NCBI GenBank assembly: GCA_040285855.1
Contig: JAUFOQ010000002.1
Location: 1,860,001-1,924,000, forward strand
Direction of reading: 5' to 3'
Origin: Eukaryota sp. GEM-RC1
Lineage: Eukaryota
DNA: 64,000 bases
Shown: positions 38,424 to 51,278 of the stretch, piece by piece
Layout: each line of letters opens with the position of its first letter
Numbering within the stretch: the stretch's first letter is position 1
Notes under the pieces: model-generated
Told to the model about the DNA's origin: nothing
The model's database searches: none
Seen by the model: the letters and a program-made list of their open reading frames with translations, nothing else
Made by a program: the position numbers and the translations under genes

Positions 38424-38592
38424 TTATGTTTAAATTTTATTATAAATGCAATAGATCAAACAACTAAAATTTGATATCATTAAAACAACACCCCTCGCTA
38501 TCAAACCTTACAACAGCTTTGTTCTCATACAAGGAACCCACTGCTAATAAAGCTTTGGAGATGATTAGGGGAATTGTTTTAAAAACAGTAAA
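38424..38592. repeat. Dispersed direct repeat of about 165 bp, with a copy at about 62597-62760
   Basis: Both copies share ttttattataaatg..atagatcaaacaac...taataaagctttggagatgattagggg...aaaaacagta. Confidence 0.85.
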
Positions 38593-38709
38593 AACGATCC
38601 GATTCAACCATAACATATGATCAAAACGTTTGTTCATCCTATTTTTATGATCAACAAACAATAATTGAATATACAGTTTATTTGCAATGCTAAAGTAATA
38701 CACACTAAT

Positions 38710-39315
38710 CATAGTTGTGGATACCTATATCCCAATTAAAAGAATACCTACCAAAATACCAAAATACCGAATACCTCAGCCAGATACCTGAGTACCCAGA
38801 AAAATGATTGAACACATTATCGAAGCTAATTTATATAACCTGTTGTACAAACATCTCAATCAACAATATACAGTGCTACAAACTATATTACTCGTCGCTG
38901 CGTCTTGTTTTTCTTCCACATAGTCCATCCATATGGTTGACAACCATTACACCTGATATCCACAAGTTCTTTCTTGATAATCTTGGCTGTGTCAAGCTTC
39001 CACAATGGGTTCTTAGAATATTGCCTAATGGTAGCAAAAAAAGTGTCCTTTTTGGGAAAAGATGATTCAAAGAGAAGGTTGGCAATAATTCAACAAACAG
39101 TTTTAATCTGGTGTTGACTTAGAACACGTACAATATATCCATTTGTTCAAAAGTAGAAAACTTGATTAATCCAAATGAATGTACTAAACAAAATTAATAC
39201 TATTTAAATGTAGCATTAGAAGGGTACTTTTGGTAGCAACAGGTATCTCTAATATGAGACATGAAAATACCTAATACCTACCGAAATACCTCGAATTTAG
39301 GTATCCACAACTATG
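38710..39315. mobile_element. hAT-type MITE, family C
   Basis: 18-bp TIR CATAGTTGTGGATACCTA. Degenerate 8-bp TSD ACACTAAT/ATACAAAT. AATACC subterminal repeats. Confidence 0.8.
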
Positions 39316-39765
39316 ATACAAATTCAGAAAATAAATGAAGTTATATTCTCCACATCAACACGAGAATTGTCGTTATACAACTTCGAGTAAATGGAACTTA
39401 AATACTTGGGAATGCTTTTATAAAGAGCAAACATTATTCGATTAATCCAAACAGTACTATTAAAACAACAAACAATATATTTAAATATATATATTCCCAC
39501 CCCTGATGAAAATACTAAACTGGATTCTAAATGTAGTATCAGAGTCGTTGATCATTTTTTAACATCAACGTCAATGTTAAACTCAGACTCACTGGAAACA
39601 AAGTCTTAGACTAGGTAGACTGAACGATCAGTTCGAATAAAATTAGAACAGCCAAACCACCCGACTAGAGCTATAGCAGAGTCAGACTAGATTTGAGCAA
39701 ACGACTCAAGTCATGTCATCCAATTGAGAGTGTTGATTTTTGGCGGTTTCAAATCCTTGACATCC

Positions 39766-41851
39766 ATGGCTCACAGATCATCCACTGATCTTGACATACT
39801 GGACCTTGTAGAGTATGAATATCCACCTGACTCTCCTCCATCATCTTTTTCTTCAACAAAACCTCCTCTTCATCCCTCTGTAACTGGTTCTCGTTCTGAA
39901 TTGGAACATCAACAGGAGTATTCTTCTTTTGATGACGATATATCAACCGAATTTAATCGCAAACTGGCTGCTAAAGTCCAGCGACAAGCAGCTTCTTTGG
40001 CTGAGAAAACCACTTCAATAGATAAGCTTCGAAAAGAGAATAAGAAGCTCTCATCTGATCTCAACTCTACTCAAAAACAACTTCGTGATGCCCATCGTCG
40101 TACAGTTCCTTCCACTCCTTCTTCTTCCACCAACCGTCAACTTGCTGAACTCAGTACAGAAGTACGAAGACTTCGTGAAGCTTTACTTCGAGAAGAAACA
40201 GCAAACGAAGAGAGTAAAGCTTACATTGAAGTACTTCGTGAAGCTTTAGATACAAAAATCTATTGAAGGCAAAATTGATCGATATGAAAATGAAGTTGAC
40301 ATGTTAAAGACTCGAATAAGCACCCTGGAAGAAGAAAAAGCTGCTCTTCTTGACTATGCAAGAGAAAGTCAACAAGCTCAAGAGGATGCTCTGGAACAGG
40401 CAAGAACTAGTCATGAAGAGAAAGAAGCTACTACAAGGGAATTTGAAGAGATTTTGGAAGGGAAAGAGGACGAAATGTATAAGTTGAAGCAATCAAATAG
40501 CAGATTTTTGATTGAAATTGACCAGTTGAAATCACAAGTTGATGAGATTCACTCTGACAAATCAGAATTGATTAAAGAACTTGATGATCTTAAATCCACA
40601 TCTGAGAGTCAAATCAGAGAATTAAAGTCCACTAATCAAGAGTTGTTAATCAAAGTTGATCAATTTACTGCTGATAATTCTTCTTTAAATTCCACTATTT
40701 CATCACTGGAACAACAACTTGGTCGTGCTTTTTCTTTGAATCAATCACTCGACAGTTCACTTCAAACTTCTAAAAATAGAACTGATGAGCTCACTCATCA
40801 ACTAGCTCAAAAAGAATCCTTGATTAGTGACCTTCAATCAGAACAAGATGATCAAATATCGACAATTCAAAACTTGGAATCCAAATTATCTTCTCTTGAT
40901 CAAGAATTCAATGACGTCACCAGTGCTCACGATGAATTGCAATCAGAAACGTCATCATTAGCTCAAAAACTACGTGAATCTGAGTCATTAATAGCTGATC
41001 TAAGAACCTCCCTCGTTGCCACGCAATCATCTCTCCAAGAATCTGAAGAACTCCTTAAAGAAAAGACTGTAGAATTAGAAAAAGCCATCGAAGACGAGGC
41101 CAGTGCTTCTCTCCAGTCACGTATCCTCTTACAACAACTTAGAAGTCAAGAGAAACAACTTAGTAGACAAGAAGAACGGATGGAGAAGGTGCATGAACAT
41201 GAAGAGGAGTTAGAAAGAGAACGGCAACGAAATGAAAATTTAGAAAATGATTTGCAGTATTATAAGAATTTAATTGAAGCTGAAACGAAGAAACAACACG
41301 AACTCACTGAACATATTAATGAACTTCCGCTTGAACTAGCAAGGAATGAAGGCAAAATCAATTCTCTGAGTAATTCTCTTCAAAAAGCTCAGGAGTCTGC
41401 TGATAGTGATTCTCTAGAACTTTCCTCTCAAATTCAAATGTTAAAGTCAGAACTTTCTCAAGCGAGGTCTTCTTCTGAAAAGCACAGCGACTCCGCTTTC
41501 TCTGCTCAGGCTAAGGTAAAGGAATTAGAAATCAAAACAAAAGCTTTGGAGTCTGAAAGAGATGCACTTACTACTGAACTGAGAGCTCTAAGGAAACGTC
41601 ATTTGGAGTTAGCCCACAGCGTACCCGCGTCTCCAAGAACCCCTTTATCACGTCATTCCACGTGGCAGGAAGAACAAGTGACGTCACCAGTTCAGACAAC
41701 AACTGATTTTAAAGATTCTCTTTCGGATAGACTTGCTACTCTTCAGTCATCTATGCATCAAGAAAGTGCTCAAGATTCTGGGAATTCCTTTGACGATAAG
41801 CTGAAAAAGCTGCGAGAACAATTTGATAGTATGAAACAACGCTTTTCATGA
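39766..41851 (+). CDS. Long coiled-coil protein
   Basis: Heptad-rich E/K/L/Q/S ORFs joined at the A-run near 40255. Confidence 0.8.
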
Positions 41852-42552
41852 TTGTTTTTACACTATTTTGTATTACAACTACTTAATTTTCAATTATCAA
41901 CGCAATGCCTGGTAAGGTTAACCACATAATACTAATTAATTATGGTTTGCGTCTTGATTTTTCATGAAAAAATTAATGTAATTTAGATTTGGATTTATTC
42001 TGTTGTGTAGGCTTTTCGATTTCATGGTTCCGAATTATGTATTTTAAATAACTTCATTTATCTACAATATATCTATTGGTCTTTAGTTTTGATTTTCCGG
42101 TGTCATGCAGTTTGATTCAGACCATTGATAGTTATGCAATAAAGTAGAACTCTGAACCAGAGGTGGTATGTAGAACTTGGTACTTTATGAAAGCACCAAT
42201 TGTAAGGACACTTCTTCACAGAAGCAGAAGACGACATGAATCATATTGTATCATCTTTGAACCCCTTTAATTGATTTCCTCCCATCTCAATTTTCCAGTG
42301 AAAGTACTACTGTAGTATTATTGAGTAAATATTATTGACTGTATATTTTTTCGTCTAAGTTCAGCTGAAAACTCGTATGGGCCGGGTGATATATAATTAA
42401 TATTTACCGGACACTATTTGCCATGCTGTAAAATGTGGTACTGCACTAAACTGGCTGTTCGTAACATACAGCAATTTTAAAATACTTTCTACTACAAGGG
42501 CGTCTGATCTCAGATTCAGAATTGTATTCACTATATTTAAAGGTCTTTTAAC

Positions 42553-43101
42553 TAGGGATATCTTAAATGGTTCAGTTCAGAACAGGTTCAGTACAAGTGT
42601 GTGTGAACCGGTTCTGATCCTTTAGGATGCTTGAACTAATTCATAAAATTACAATTATCCTCGAAAATGATCTTTTAATAGTGAATTGGAGATGTAAATC
42701 AATCAAAAATCTATATACGTAGAGATTTGTGTATACTTATATTGTTTTGAAAACAAAGTTTTCTTGTACATAGACTCTTCTATAATTCTCTTTCAAATCT
42801 TTTCATAACATAAATGCAACCCAATAGTGTTGCATCGAAACATTTACTGTCACTTATTGTTTATAAAAAGAGGGTCAAATTGAGTGAAAAGTCTGTCCAA
42901 TTTCTTGTATGTCTGGACTCATGGCTAAAGTCAAACCTAGATTAGGAGAGAACTTCATTTTCAGGCTAACAAATTAATGTTTTCAATCAATTTAGTGACC
43001 AATTTGAGTTGTAGTCTTTAATTGATTATATTTATTAAACTGAACCACGGTTCAGAAATAATTCAGTTCGGTTCATACTATTACTGAACTTAATATCTCT
43101 G
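42553..43101 (+). mobile_element. Internally deleted hAT element, family D
   Basis: Ends TAGGGATAT and ATATCTCTG. TSD CTTTTAAC/CTTTTGAC (7/8 match). Internal relic of the hAT dimerisation domain (PNSVAS...KRVKLSEKSVQFLVCLDSWL). GTTCAG subterminal repeats. Confidence 0.75.
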
Positions 43102-43749
43102 CTTTTGACTTAGGTTTCTTAAGTTTGTTTAACTCTTGGAAGGCAATACGAAGATGATGTAGTTACAAAATTCCAAATCGCAAACTTGGACTTTGAGGAT
43201 ATTGAATATCCCAAACATTTAGATGTTAAATGTACGTTTGGCATTCGCAAAAGAGTTAAGCAACAAAATTTTTTGAAGAAGGAACTATATTACACACAAT
43301 TTTTGTACTTAACTATATTTCTGATGAGTCATCATGTGGACTAAGTTATGAAGACTGAATTAATGTTTCAAAACTCTCAATTGGCAGTCAGACATGGTTG
43401 TGTGTACATGCTTGACATCTTACACATGTGAAGAATGGGTTTTACAACTGCAGTAAGTAAATGCAAAATCTAATACAATCAACTATCTGGTTCACTGTAT
43501 AGGAATTAGAACAAAATACACCAGCAGAAAGCATCGCTCAAAACGGTAATTATTGCAATATGTTGTGATACTTAATTTGAAGGCAATACTACACTTCACT
43601 AACAATCTTCAATGGATCGATTTGACCCGAGTCAAGGTTCAAACTAACAGTATCAGTGGTTACCAATGAACACGTGTGAACACGTGATAAACTGTCATGC
43701 ACTAATAGCTTAAAAATAGCAACAAAGACGTGCCTATTGATCTGTTCAG

Positions 43750-46700
43750 ATGTCATCTGGGTTCTTCTGTACAAAGGTTGTTGGATCTCAACTCCTCAAC
43801 TTCTACCAGTCTGACTATATCGCAGTAAGTGAAACAGGTTTCTTGTATCTTTTCGGCTCTACCGAAGACTTTTATCAACATGCAAAACCTAACGACGATC
43901 TCCTTCTCAAACACGAAAACCTAATTAATGCAGCCCGCGTCACCGTCATAAACCTTCATGAAGCAACTGTTTCTCTTTCCCCCACAGACCCTCTCACTGT
44001 CATTGTCAACGATGCTAAACTCCAATTCAAAGACATCCAAGATACCCATCAGTTCTTGATGATGGGATTCGGAGGTCATGAAATGCTGAAATCTCTACTC
44101 AACGCTCCCGTTTCGACCTCAGATAATGTTCAAAAGAAGCAAACATTTGATGAGATGTTCTTTGTTGAGCCTGATGCAACATCTATTGCACCAACCCACA
44201 TCGGTGTTCAATCTAAACTGCCTTTTCTCGCTGGACAGACATCTGATGACCAAGCCTTTGAAATGGCAGCCACCTCTCTCGCTGTAAATAAGTATAAAAC
44301 TGTCATTGATGCTGGTGGACAAGGTGGAAGTCATGGTTATTCAGCCTTTAAGTCAGGAGCTCCAGGACAAAATGCAAGTAGAGGCAAAGATGGGAAGACC
44401 GTTGAAGTCCACGTGTCATCATCAGAAAGTGGTCACGTCACATTAAGTGGTGCTGTTGATTGTGAATTGCTCCTTGAACCAAATGAAGTGATTGTAGTAA
44501 GAGCTACTGGTGGTGAAGAAGGAGACGGTGGTCGTGGTGGTAATGGTGAAGATAGTGGGAGGAATGGAGGTGATGGTGGAAATGGAGGTGATGGTGGAAA
44601 TGGTGGAAATGTTTTCATAACAGCAACCAATCTTGCTGATTTTGCTTATACAACTCCCAATGTCACACCTGGAGATCCAGGTCATGGCGGTAATGGAGGC
44701 TCACGTAGCCATAGCTTTGAGATGAGAACTGGAATTTCTACAGATGGGGGCAGAGAAGGTATAAGAGGAAATGGTGGTTCCGTAGGTAGTGTTTGTTTTG
44801 CTCTGAATGATGGTACGGTGTACCTTGATAAGTATTGTATTGTTGTTGAGTCATTTGATGTTAATCAAAATGAAGTTGTTCAACCTTTTGACGAAGTAAC
44901 AATTACCAATGTCAAGCTAACCAATGTATCCACAGATATGCCATTACCAGCAGGAGCAGTTCTTTCAACTCGTGAAACTAAGTCTGAGCATCTTTCTCTC
45001 AAGGCTCTAAATGATATCGTTTTGCCCGGTATTGGACCTAAAGAAAGCGTTGTAATTTCTGATGAAATCAAAGTTGTTGTTTCTATTGATAAGGAGATCA
45101 TGCCAACAGATTTTTCTTTTAGTGAAGCAATTGATTGTTGTCTCAACGTAACCGTGAATTCTATCAGTGTTCTTCATTACTTGCATCAGGCCAAAGACAC
45201 TGTCTTCTTTCCATCAACTCGTTATCACAAAATTTGGAGTTATCTAAAACATACTCTCGAAAATGACAGGATGAATACCAATCATATGAGATCACTGATT
45301 ATCACGACTCCTCTATCAATCAAAAATTATGAATCACCTTCCCCTTCGGTTGTTCCAGGATCTTTATCTACAATTTCCTTTGAATTAGTTAATTCCTCTT
45401 CTTCTTCTCACGAATTACTTCTCCAATATTCTTACAATGAGTTTACTTCAATTCTTTCAGTAACAGGCAATGACAAACCTCTAGAGTTGATTCAGGAGTC
45501 AGGAAAAATTTCTGTCAAAATTGATTCGATTCCTGAGAATTCATCTATGTTTTTGGAAATTTCAGTTCAATTGTCAGAATCAGTTCCTCTTTTCTCTACA
45601 CTCTCCTCATGCTTAACACTGACCTACAAAGACTTCTATATATTTTACCAAGATATTCCCATTAATGTAGGTAGTGCTGAGATCTCTAATCCTGACGCTT
45701 TAGTGGTAATTACTGCTCAAACTCCTAATAACGAAATCAATGTCTGGAGGCGTTTGCTTTCTTCTTTGGGTTTTACCTTCTTGTTTTGGGATACTGAAGT
45801 GAAGGAAGGGTTCTCTGTTGATTCATCGGGAAATCGTCACTCTTGGAGAAACTGTGTGGATGAGGAAGGAATGTCTACATTTAAAATATGTTTAGTATTG
45901 TACACTAGTTATGACTTCATCAAGTCTGTTAAACAAGAAGACATTATATGGTTGCATCAGTCTGGATGTGGATTTGTATTTCTCCGAGGAAATACTACTG
46001 GCCAACTGTTACTACACAAATGCTTGTCTGAATGGCAAACCAAAGTTACCTCGATTACTTCTACTGAAAGAAAAGAAGCTGGCCAAGTTCGCAATGCCCT
46101 ACAATTCAATGGTGACGTGACACATCGTCGTTTTTTAACTTTTGTTTCAAATTACGAACCCATTCTCGAGAGACTTCCTTCCGAATCGCACTCTGCCCTT
46201 AGAACTGTAGTCTCATTGTTCTCTAGAACGTCTGGAACTTTGATTGTGAAGAAGTGTTTGTTACCATCGCACGCAAGGTTTTTAACTGTTGGCCAGTTCA
46301 ATCAGATTGGAGTTGTACAGGCAGTAAGGACACTTGATTCTATTGAGCAATTGGTTCAGAAATTAAGAGAAAATCCTGAAGAAAAGCTTCATTTCAAAGA
46401 TAATGATATCGATATCCATGCTACTGTTAATTATCGCAACATTCGAGAATCTAATGTCGATGATCCATCCAATGGGTCCGTAGCTAACTTTGCTCTTCAA
46501 GTTGGTGAACATTTGTCATTTGATGACTTCAAAACGTTTACTTTTGAACAAGAGTCTAAATCTATTGTGAATTAGGACATTTATGTGAAACATTGAAACT
46601 TGCAATTGCGAGTCTATTTGGTATTGGTATTTCTTCAGTTGTTCTTGCTCTTCCAATGGAGAGCAAGTTGGATTTAGTTAACCAATATGAAAGTTGTAAT

Positions 46701-47236
46701 GGAATGAATTTGGTTTTACCTGGGGGAACTCCTTTATCAATTTTTAATTTTTGTTTATTAGCTATTGCTCATGACTTGTATCAGGAAGTCTTGGCTGTCA
46801 GAAATCAAGCTCTTTTGAAAATTTCGAGATTTTTGAAAGATTTTGCAACGAGTTTGTTTCTTCTCCTTGTGAATATCATCCCAAAATGGACATTTTCCTG
46901 TATTTCATTCTGTTTCAACTGGAACAGCTGCTTTCCTTTAAGAAGAACGTATCATCCAGCAAAGGTAGTTTTAAACTGTTTTTGAGACAATTTATGGATG
47001 GAAAAAAATTCAAACGACTTTCTCTTTTATTTAATTCTGATGTGGCTGACAAAGCTACTGAATTAATTAACCAGCTCAATGGTCTATCAATCAATAACGT
47101 GATTGGATTGGACAAGTTGTCTAAGTTTCCACTGTCAGCAAGGCATAGATTCATAAGTCCAGCAGGAGCTGCTCGCGAGTCTGAGCTCTACTATACTGGA
47201 TTGGACGACGGATTAACAAAGTTCTATAGAATGTAG
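43750..47236 (+). CDS. Large protein with a Gly-rich (GxGGxG) segment, split at the 3' end
   Basis: A 941-aa ORF plus ORFs 46593-46985 and 46886-47236. Contains GGDGGNGG repeats. Confidence 0.7.
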
Positions 47237-47444
47237 CGCTCCAGTTTTTAATAAATATATTGTTTGAGCTTATTCACATCATAACTATTTACATGTAAAT
47301 GATGTTTGAATAAGAGAATACCGACTATGATTTATGTAGGAAGGAAAAGACTAAAGTAAAAAGTACATACTAGTACTAGTAGTACAGTAGTTGACCTAAT
47401 AGCAGGTAGTGCTTCCACAAAACCCTCTTCCATTCAGGCTGGAT

Positions 47445-48208
47445 CAGGGGTGGGAATACAGTATTGCTCCAATATTTATTTCCGCTCTTTGAGGTGGACC
47501 AATATATATTGTTATACCGGTTTATTATTGCAATATTGCAATACTGCCAATATACTTTTAGTAAGAAGAGTTTATCTGCAACAATAAATTAATACATACT
47601 AATTCAGAAAAAAATATACTTTTAGTTGTTCATTTTGTTGTTTTAATTCACCATTTGGACTCCCAAACCCGTTTTGTTGTCTTATGTGTTCAAATATAGT
47701 GAGAGTTGATGTATCGGTGATGATTTCTAGTTGTTGTATTATCATATTGTCTGTCATTTGAGCTCATTTCGAGTGTTTACTGAAGTGCAATGTAAATTCT
47801 TTCTTCTGAAGCCAGTTTCTCTGAAGCCCTCCAGTCTTGAAATGCAAATAATGATGAAAGAAAACAGTCATTTTTGGGATGAAGCTACTGTAAGACTTAT
47901 CATGAGCGGTAAAATATTCCAAGATGTAGATATTGGTATTGACTCCATACCAATATCTTCATCTTCGATACTATTCTCAATGCTATTGAGATTATTTCTG
48001 ATATTTCTGATTATGAACAATAGAATCTGCGGGTTTTTTGTAATAAATACATACTGTAATATGATTCTTATTGTTGCAATATTGAAGTATTGCAATATTG
48101 GTTGAAGAATTGCAGTACTTGCTGGTATGTACTATTTCAGAAATTGCAATATTTATTTTGTGGCTAAAATATGTTTATATTTATTGCAATATTGTTTTCC
48201 CACCCCTG
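47445..48208. mobile_element. hAT-type MITE, family E
   Basis: TIR CAGGGGTGGGAA. 8-bp TSD GGCTGGAT at 47437-47444 and 48209-48216. ATTGCAATA subterminal motifs. Confidence 0.93.
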
Positions 48209-48250
48209 GGCTGGATACCACTTTCAAGTTCCTGGGAAATGTCATTTTTT

Positions 48251-48890
48251 CAGTGTTGCGCCATAATTGAAAATAAATTTGCCATACGCGTATGGGCGTA
48301 TGGACGTATGGTAGAATGGCAGAATGGCTGACAATGGCCATCAAGCCATTTCTAGCAGAATCTTTCCAACATCACTTAACTTCATTATGTTTAAATACCA
48401 TCTCCTACACTGCAATTTGTCATCAAATTAGTAGAACAAGTATGCTCTGTAGAATCGAGTGAAAGAGTTTGAGTACGTATTCTTTCATTCACAACAAACG
48501 ATGAAACAGACTTTTTTCACTTTGTAGAACTAATTTTAAAAAAAAAAGTGAGATAAGAACAAAAACAGACTTATAAAGGAACGCACAAAAACTGGATTCT
48601 ATACACATCAATGGAACTCAGATCAAAGACATCCAGCAATGGAAGCAGAGATGGTATCCTGATGGTGATAATTTTTCCAATGAGATGGATGATGTGGAGG
48701 TTTGGTTTTCAATAAAGTATATTTATCTACATAATTATAAACACGTCACAGAGTCTCTGTGTCGAAGAAGTTTCAAATACAGATACATGTAGTCAAAATG
48801 CGTATGGCAAAAACAGAAAATGCCATACGCGTATGGGCGTATGGACGTATGGGAGTCCATACGTGTATGGCAAACAATGGCGCAACACTG
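48251..48890. mobile_element. hAT-type MITE, family A (inverted copy of 15804-16447)
   Basis: TIR CAGTGTTGCGCCAT. 8-bp TSD CATTTTTT at 48243-48250 and 48891-48898. Confidence 0.95.
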
Positions 48891-48905
48891 CATTTTTTAG
48901 GCATC

Positions 48906-50810
48906 ATGATTCTAGTTACAGATCTTTGTTTCACCCCAACTCTTCTCAATCAAGTTCAACATATCTTGTTATCATCCTTTATTGAGCAGGAACAGACGAT
49001 CTTCAAATCTTCTAGTCCGTCACATTTCAAGTTTTCTTCTACGTGTAGATCCATTCTTCACTTTGTCTGTCACTTAGGTTTCGTTAGTCAACGTTTCTTC
49101 AAATCCACTTTTTCATCAGTACAACTGTTTTTGAATCGTTCTGAATTGAACGTAGACTCCATCAATCTTGCTCACAGGGTTTGCAACTTCTTCGGTAGTC
49201 ATCCCAATCATCTCTCTTTACCAATCACCTCTGAACATTACCTCTCCCAGTTTCCATTTTCTTTCTCTCAAGTATCTTCTATAACAACCTCATTCCCTAA
49301 CTTTTCTTTTCTTGACAGTGGTTCTTCCAATTTCTGCTGTAACCTGAAACGATTAATCATCCGTAATTGTTACTTAACACAATCTAGTACCTTTTCTTTA
49401 TCATGTGGACTTCAATCTTCAAACAGTCTTTTTATCATTTGTTTTTTCCAACAACACAGTGAAAGATGACGATTTCAAGTTAATTCTGACATCTCTGTCG
49501 CTTTCTTCAGTTCGTTATCTTGATCTTTCTTATTCTTCACTTTCAGATGCAATAGTTAATCACTTAGTTGATCACGTTAACAAGACTAATCTTTTGTCAT
49601 TGAACTTAAGCAATAATCCAAATATAACTTGTTTCCATCAGATCAAAACTGCATTAGTTTCCAATTCTTCACTTTTATACTTAAATTTAAATGATTGCAA
49701 TCTTGACTCAGCATCAGTTTTATCAATTGTTGATGGATCCGTGCATAGTTCTCTTGTAGTTCTTGACCTAACTGGTTACTTACCATCTCTATCAGAATTG
49801 ATTGATCTAGGTCAACTTCTTACTATTTCAAAATCCAGAGTAAAAGTTAATGTTTTACCTTTTGAAATAGATCCGATTCTTAAAATTCTACGTTTCAACG
49901 GTCAAATCTCAAAACAAGACGTTTCTACATTCCTGAACTTCATTAGTACATCTTCTTTTAAAATTGTTGATATTTCAAATTCTGATGTGACTAACATCAG
50001 TGATGTTATCTCTATTGCATCGACCTTCGTGAATTCAAACTGTGAGTTTAATTGGAATAGAGTGTTATTGGAAGGTGGTAACGTGATTGCTATGGATCTG
50101 TCTGGACTTCAGCTGACCATTGTAGATCAATTGACATATTTCACAGACCTAGAAATTTTAAATTTATCAAATATCCGATATTCCGATCCCGCGTTTATCT
50201 CCTTCATCACATCTTTATATCATCTTCCCAATTTATCAATTGTTAACCTCTCTAGTATGTCATTAGGACCTAGAGCTTGTGAAGCAATTGGTCTGCTTAT
50301 TCTCAATCAAAAATCACTAAGGGATTTGACAGTTTCCTATTGTGACTTCGAATCAACTACAAGTTTTGCTCATGTCATTGAATTCATTGAGTGTTCAAAC
50401 TCTCTCTCTCATTGTTAAACTTCACTGAATCTATTATGAGTGTTAGTTCCTTACTTATTCTTTACCAAAAGTTGACGTCTTCAAAGAGACTGGTTGAGAT
50501 TGAAGTTTACCCCCATCTTCTAAGTATTGAACAAAAGTATTTAAAGTGGATAAGTTCTACTAATTTATTTGAATATTTTTTAACTAGTGACGATTGTACT
50601 GTCCTATGTGATTTGCTGATCTCTGAACCATATTTAAAAATTTCGATATCTGATCTGTTTGTTCCTACTGAATCAATCAATTTGATCTCTTCATGTACTC
50701 AGATCAATTCTAATACATTGACCTCTGCCAATTGTGTGTTCCAGTGTTGTAAAAGTTTCGTTAATGACTTTCACTTTGATTGTTGTGATTGTACTTTTGA
50801 AATCTCTTGA
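48906..50810 (+). CDS. Leucine-rich repeat protein (RNI-like), frameshifted
   Basis: YLDLSYSSL, LSLNLSNNPNI, YLNLNDCNL and EILNLSNI repeats across three ORFs. Confidence 0.8.
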
Positions 50811-51278
50811 TGATGTTTCTATAGATCTGTTTCCTTTTTCCAAATTATTTCTTTCATCGCAAGCTTTCTTTCATTAACGAAAGAACACTTCTTTACATCA
50901 GATGACGTCAGGTGACTCATATTCGAAGCTATGGTTCGGTTTAGCAGACTTGTTTGTTTGTTTGTTTATTTTGAAATTAAAGTTGCACAAACCAATGGTA
51001 TTTTACACCTTTATTTGCCAAGAGGAGAACTTCCGCTAGTATTTCTCCAAAGGAATCGAAGAAAGTCATAGCATCACTGAAATTGAGTTAGTTGGAGAGT
51101 CTGTTTGTTTAACATCGTTCAATGAGTTATTTCAGAGTAAGTCAAGCTCAATAATAGTTGGTATAATCAAAATAGAAAGCAATATGGCAATCTACAATGT
51201 AATTGAGTCAGAAAAATATACATTCAATGTATGTGAAACGGAAAGTAAGAGAATAATTTAAATTTTCAGTTCTATTGC

